A program made the position numbers and the translations under genes. A stretch of DNA of 64,000 bases from a bacterium (GTDB lineage Bacteria > UBA8248). Below the pieces are notes generated by a model that saw nothing but the letters and a program-made list of their open reading frames with translations, did no database searches and was not told the origin of the DNA. Shown here in pieces: positions 60,049 to 64,000 of this stretch; the first letter of the stretch is position 1; each line of letters starts with the position of its first letter. Location of the stretch: the NCBI GenBank assembly GCA_965207065.1, contig OZ242260.1:3456001-3520000 (forward strand). Direction: 5' to 3'.

Positions 60049-61062
60049 ATGAAATTCGGCATCATGCTCAGAGGTCAATTCACCTTGGAAGATGATATGC
60101 GATCTCGGTTCCATGAATTGATGGAACAAGCAAGAAGAGCCCAAGAATTAGGATTTGTTTCGATTACCAAAGGAAACCACTATAGCGCATATCCACTTCA
60201 GGATTTCCAGCAATTACCTTTTCTCGCTCGTATCAGTGCTGAAGCGCCAAAACTGCGTCTCAATGCCGGCATTGTACTCCTGTCTCTCCACAAGCCAATG
60301 GATATCGCCGAGCAGTTGGCAACCATTGACGTGATGTCAAGCGGGAAGCTCATATTTGGTGCCGGGCTTGGCTATCGTGAAGTGGAATTCAGGGGATTCG
60401 GCACAACGCAAAAGGAGAGGGTAAAGCGACTCGAGGAAAACCTGGAGGCCATCAAGCGACTATGGTCAGAAGAGAAAGTGTCGATGAAAGGATCACACTT
60501 CGAGCTCATCGAAGCATCTTGTCCTATGAAACCTGTTCAGAAACCACATCCGCCCATCTGGATCGGAGCGAACAGCGACGCTGGCATACGCCGTGCAGCC
60601 AGGCTAGGGGATTGTTATTACGTAAATCCACACAATCGCCTCGACACCACAAAGCGCCAGATAGAGCTTTACCGCCAGACTCTCGATAAAATCGGGAAAC
60701 CCTTCCCTGAAGAATTTCCGATGCGTCGTGAGGTGTTCGTCGCAAAAGACCGTTCAGAAGCCATTCGGCTCAGCAGGCCTTTTCTCGAGATAAAATATCG
60801 GGAATACCACCGTTGGGGCCAAGACAAGGCCATGCCCAAAGGAGATGACGATCTGGGGCAGCAGTTCGATGATTTATTGGAGGACAGGTTCATCCTTGGT
60901 TCGCCAGACGAAGTGGCAGAAGGGATATTGGAACTGGCAGATCTCGGTATTAATCACCTCATCATGAGCATTCAATGGCCGGGGATGCCTCAATCTCTCG
61001 TTTTGGAAACGATGCAGATGATGGCAGAAGAAGTGTATCCAAAAGTTCTGCAGGGAGTATAG
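60049..61062 (+). CDS. LLM class flavin-dependent oxidoreductase
   Basis: MKFGI, GLGYREVEF, PVQKPHPPIWIG, RRAARLGD. Confidence 0.9.
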   Translation: MKFGIMLRGQFTLEDDMRSRFHELMEQARRAQELGFVSITKGNHYSAYPLQDFQQLPFLARISAEAPKLRLNAGIVLLSLHKPMDIAEQLATIDVMSSGKLIFGAGLGYREVEFRGFGTTQKERVKRLEENLEAIKRLWSEEKVSMKGSHFELIEASCPMKPVQKPHPPIWIGANSDAGIRRAARLGDCYYVNPHNRLDTTKRQIELYRQTLDKIGKPFPEEFPMRREVFVAKDRSEAIRLSRPFLEIKYREYHRWGQDKAMPKGDDDLGQQFDDLLEDRFILGSPDEVAEGILELADLGINHLIMSIQWPGMPQSLVLETMQMMAEEVYPKVLQGV

Positions 61063-61066
61063 TGAA

Positions 61067-62524
61067 GTGTCACCAACGCCTAGTGAAACATTGTGCCAAT
61101 TTTCCCATGACTTGGCATTTTATGACATCCCTACCGCAGTGGTTCACAAAGCGAAATTATTGATCCTTGATTTTCTAGGGATTGCTCTTGCAGCTTGTTC
61201 CATGGAAATTGACAAACCCTTGCGTGCAATGGCGATAGCTATGACGGGGAATATTCCGGCCACAGAAAACACCTCTTATGATTCGGGACCTTGCAGCACT
61301 ATAGGAGAGAAGTATCGAATGCCCGCGGCCACCGCAGCTTTTTTGAATGGTGCTCTGGGTCATTCACTCGATTTTGACGATACACACGCAAAATCAATCA
61401 TTCACACAGCAGCGCCTGTCGTGCCAGCGGCTTTTGCAGGAGCAGAAGTATTCCAGAAAAAAGGACAAGATATGATTCGAGCATGCGCGGCCGGGTTCGA
61501 ATCAGAAATTAGAATAGGGTTAGCTGCTCCAGGTAAATTTCATGCCCGTGGTTTCCATATGACCGCAATAGCCGGTACTTTTGGCGCCGCCATAGCCTAT
61601 GCGCTTCAAAGTGGGCTGAGCGCCGAAAGAATGAACTGGTCACTTGGTATATGTGGAAGCATGGCTGCCGGGCTCTTTGAATATTTGGAAAACGGGAGTC
61701 CAGTAAAGGCGCTTCATCCCGGTTGGGCGGCGCATGGCGGTATTTGTTCCACGATTCTCGCAGACAATGACTTCTCCGGTCCACAAACTGTTCTTGAGGG
61801 CAGATTCGGCTTGCTGAAGAGCCACTTAGGTGATGAAGAATTCGAAGTAGAAGCACTTACACGAGGGCTGGGTGAAATCTGGGAAACCTTGGCCACAGGC
61901 TTCAAACCCTATCCTTGCGGCCATGTGATTCATTCGTTTTTGGATGCCGGATTGCGCCTCAAAGAACGTGAAAAAATACATCACGCCAAAATTAAAAACA
62001 TCGTTTGTCATGCAGCCAAGGGGGCAATCGACCTGGTGCTTGATCCGATAGAGGTAAAGCGAAAACCTCGTGGTGAATACGACGCAAAATTCTCTTTGCC
62101 TTATTGTTTGGCGAGTATTTTTGTGAGGGGTAGGTGTGGAGTAGAAGATTTCGATAAACGCGCGATTGAAGACTCCACAGTATTAGCACTGTCGAATAAG
62201 GTTTCCTTTGCTCAAGATGATTCACAGGATTTTCCGAGATTTTTCCCCGGGGTTGTTGAAGTTCGTCTTGATGATGGGAGCACGTTTTTCGAGGAGGAAA
62301 AACATCAAAGAGGGTGCCCAGAAAATCCATTCACTGACGATGATGTTTATGAGAAATTCAAGGACAATGCCCAGCGCAGTCTCTCATCTGTAGAGGCAGA
62401 TAATTTGAAGGCGATGGTGATGAGCCTCGAGGATTTGGAAGACGTAAATGGTATAGGTGAATTGTTAAGAAGTGCAACTAATCATAGAGTGGATCCTCGA
62501 TCACTGTTACAAAATCCGGCATAA
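61067..62524 (+). CDS. MmgE/PrpD family protein
   Basis: HSLDFDDTH, GFH, KPYPC, AKFSLPY, GCPENP. Confidence 0.9.
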   Translation: MSPTPSETLCQFSHDLAFYDIPTAVVHKAKLLILDFLGIALAACSMEIDKPLRAMAIAMTGNIPATENTSYDSGPCSTIGEKYRMPAATAAFLNGALGHSLDFDDTHAKSIIHTAAPVVPAAFAGAEVFQKKGQDMIRACAAGFESEIRIGLAAPGKFHARGFHMTAIAGTFGAAIAYALQSGLSAERMNWSLGICGSMAAGLFEYLENGSPVKALHPGWAAHGGICSTILADNDFSGPQTVLEGRFGLLKSHLGDEEFEVEALTRGLGEIWETLATGFKPYPCGHVIHSFLDAGLRLKEREKIHHAKIKNIVCHAAKGAIDLVLDPIEVKRKPRGEYDAKFSLPYCLASIFVRGRCGVEDFDKRAIEDSTVLALSNKVSFAQDDSQDFPRFFPGVVEVRLDDGSTFFEEEKHQRGCPENPFTDDDVYEKFKDNAQRSLSSVEADNLKAMVMSLEDLEDVNGIGELLRSATNHRVDPRSLLQNPA

Positions 62525-63551
62525 TGCGGAACCTGATCTCTTCACCTACATCTACCCTTAGATTAGGGTGTACACGCATTTTCAGCCGGTGTCCCTTGCC
62601 TATTTCATCGATTATTTCGACTTCCAACAAGATTGATTGTCCCACATAGCGAATAGTACAAACCTTCGCCCCAAAGGGACCGTTTTGGTCGATTTCAAAA
62701 CTCTCGGGCCTGACGGATATAAAAGCATCCGTGCCGAATTCGAGGTTTCGCATGGAGAGACAAGGAACTGGCCCAATGCTCGTCATCACCTCATCATAAC
62801 CGGCCGATAAAACGATACCTTGTAAAATATTTGTCTGTCCGACAAAACGAGCAGCGAATTCCGTAGCGGGGAATTGGTAAATTTCACGAGGCGAGCCGCC
62901 TTGTTCAACTTTTCCATTTCGCATGATTAAAATATGGTCCGCCATATACATCGCTTCTTGCGGATCATGAGTGACCATTAACGTGGTAACACCCATTTGC
63001 TTAATCAATTTCAGCGTATCTTCGCGCACCTGGACTCGCAGGTTGATGTCAAGCCCGGAAAATGGTTCATCCAAAAGCAGAAGCCGAGGGAGAGGCGCCA
63101 ATGCCCGAAGCAGGGCAACGCGCTGTTGCTGGCCTCCTGAAAGGGTATGGGGGTAAGCATCTGTTAATTCTACGATATCCATTTGGATCATGGTTCTTTG
63201 TATTTCAGCCATTATTTCTGGTGAAGGCTTATTGAAGCCGAAGGTGATGTTTTGCAATACATTCAAGTGGGGGAAGAGGGCATAATCCTGAAACATGAAC
63301 CCCACATTTCTGATTTCCGGAGGCGTCTCAATTCCACTTGCGGGATCGGATATCACAATTTTGTCGAGGCGAATCCTTCCAGATTGCAGAGAAGTCAGCC
63401 CAGCCACCAAACGCAATAATGTCGTCTTGCCACATCCAGAAGGCCCCAGCAGGCACGCAACCTCACCCTCTTCGACAGTCAAGGATAAGTTTTCGATTAC
63501 TCCTTTGTCGCCATATGAATGTGAAATTTTTTCAATATCGAGTTTGGCCAT
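62478..63551 (-). CDS. Fe3+ ABC transporter ATP-binding protein (FbpC-like)
   Basis: GPSGCGKTT, FQDYALFPHL, LSGGQQQR, LLDEPFSGLD, C-terminal TOBE-like region. Confidence 0.9.
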   Translation of the reverse strand: MAKLDIEKISHSYGDKGVIENLSLTVEEGEVACLLGPSGCGKTTLLRLVAGLTSLQSGRIRLDKIVISDPASGIETPPEIRNVGFMFQDYALFPHLNVLQNITFGFNKPSPEIMAEIQRTMIQMDIVELTDAYPHTLSGGQQQRVALLRALAPLPRLLLLDEPFSGLDINLRVQVREDTLKLIKQMGVTTLMVTHDPQEAMYMADHILIMRNGKVEQGGSPREIYQFPATEFAARFVGQTNILQGIVLSAGYDEVMTSIGPVPCLSMRNLEFGTDAFISVRPESFEIDQNGPFGAKVCTIRYVGQSILLEVEIIDEIGKGHRLKMRVHPNLRVDVGEEIRFRIMPDFVTVIEDPLYD

Positions 63552-63565
63552 TTAGAGCATGAACC

Positions 63566-64000
63566 TCATTTTCCAGCTCCAGGGCGCGCGTCTCGAATGG
63601 TGCGGCTCAAATAAACGACGGGCAATAACCCTGCCGCAACGATACTCAAAGAGCCAAGAGCGCTTTCTTCTAATAGTTCATCTGTGGCCAGTTGGTGGAC
63701 TTGCGTTGCCAGCGTTTCAAAATTAAACGGACGCAATATGATCGTCATTGGGAGTTCTTTCATCGTATCAACAAAAACCAAAATCGCTGCCGCCAGGATA
63801 CCCCCACGGATCATAGGTATGTGAATACGCTTGAGGGTTCTAGCAGGCCCCAGACCCAGCGTTCGAGCGGCGCCATCCATGTTGGGCGTAATTCTCATCA
63901 GGCTGGCTTCCATCGTGCCGTAGGATAGCGCCAAAAACCGCGCCAGATATCCGTAACTGACGGCTGCGATCGTGCCGCTAAAGAACAAGCCTGATGAGAT
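63566..64000 (-). CDS. Fe3+ ABC transporter permease (FbpB-like), C-terminal part (5' end outside window)
   Basis: AARTLG, LVFVDTMKELP, RPFNFETLA. Confidence 0.88.
   Translation of the reverse strand: MSSGLFFSGTIAAVSYGYLARFLALSYGTMEASLMRITPNMDGAARTLGLGPARTLKRIHIPMIRGGILAAAILVFVDTMKELPMTIILRPFNFETLATQVHQLATDELLEESALGSLSIVAAGLLPVVYLSRTIRDARPGAGK

Overview
Gene-dense bacterial chromosomal segment. It is GC-rich over the first ~53 kb and visibly more AT-rich from ~54 kb to the end; the taxon cannot be fixed from sequence alone. Core genes are mtaB (partial), tRNA-Gly(GCC), pckA, ygfZ-like, glnE, moeA, mobA, a DegP/HtrA protease, lgt and secA. They are interleaved with many catabolic and transport genes: NitT/TauT and Fe3+ ABC transporters, TctCBA, two MFS, two LLM oxidoreductases, RidA, hydrolases, and an acyl-CoA dehydrogenase/enolase/FAH/SDR operon. 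Main results beyond the ORF track: (1) two genes are split by an in-frame UGA in a UxxC motif (DsbA/FrnE-like UPWC at 1734; exported DUF3179 UPLC at 47183), each followed by a small hairpin with a C-GUG-Y loop at the same distance from the UGA, i.e. probable selenoproteins sharing a SECIS-like element; (2) an oxalate-oxidoreductase-type 2-oxoacid:ferredoxin oxidoreductase downstream of a FadR regulator keeps the YPIRP Arg but has Ala at the catalytic Asp position; (3) a stand-alone RX4H (HEPN-like) ORF and a HEPN/MNT toxin-antitoxin pair; (4) an FGE-fold protein with an inserted SH3b-like domain; (5) REP/MITE-like palindromes, a shared 10-bp tandem-repeat motif in two AT-rich intergenic regions, and a probable CTG start codon. 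All protein calls rest on motif recognition by eye; no searches were run.
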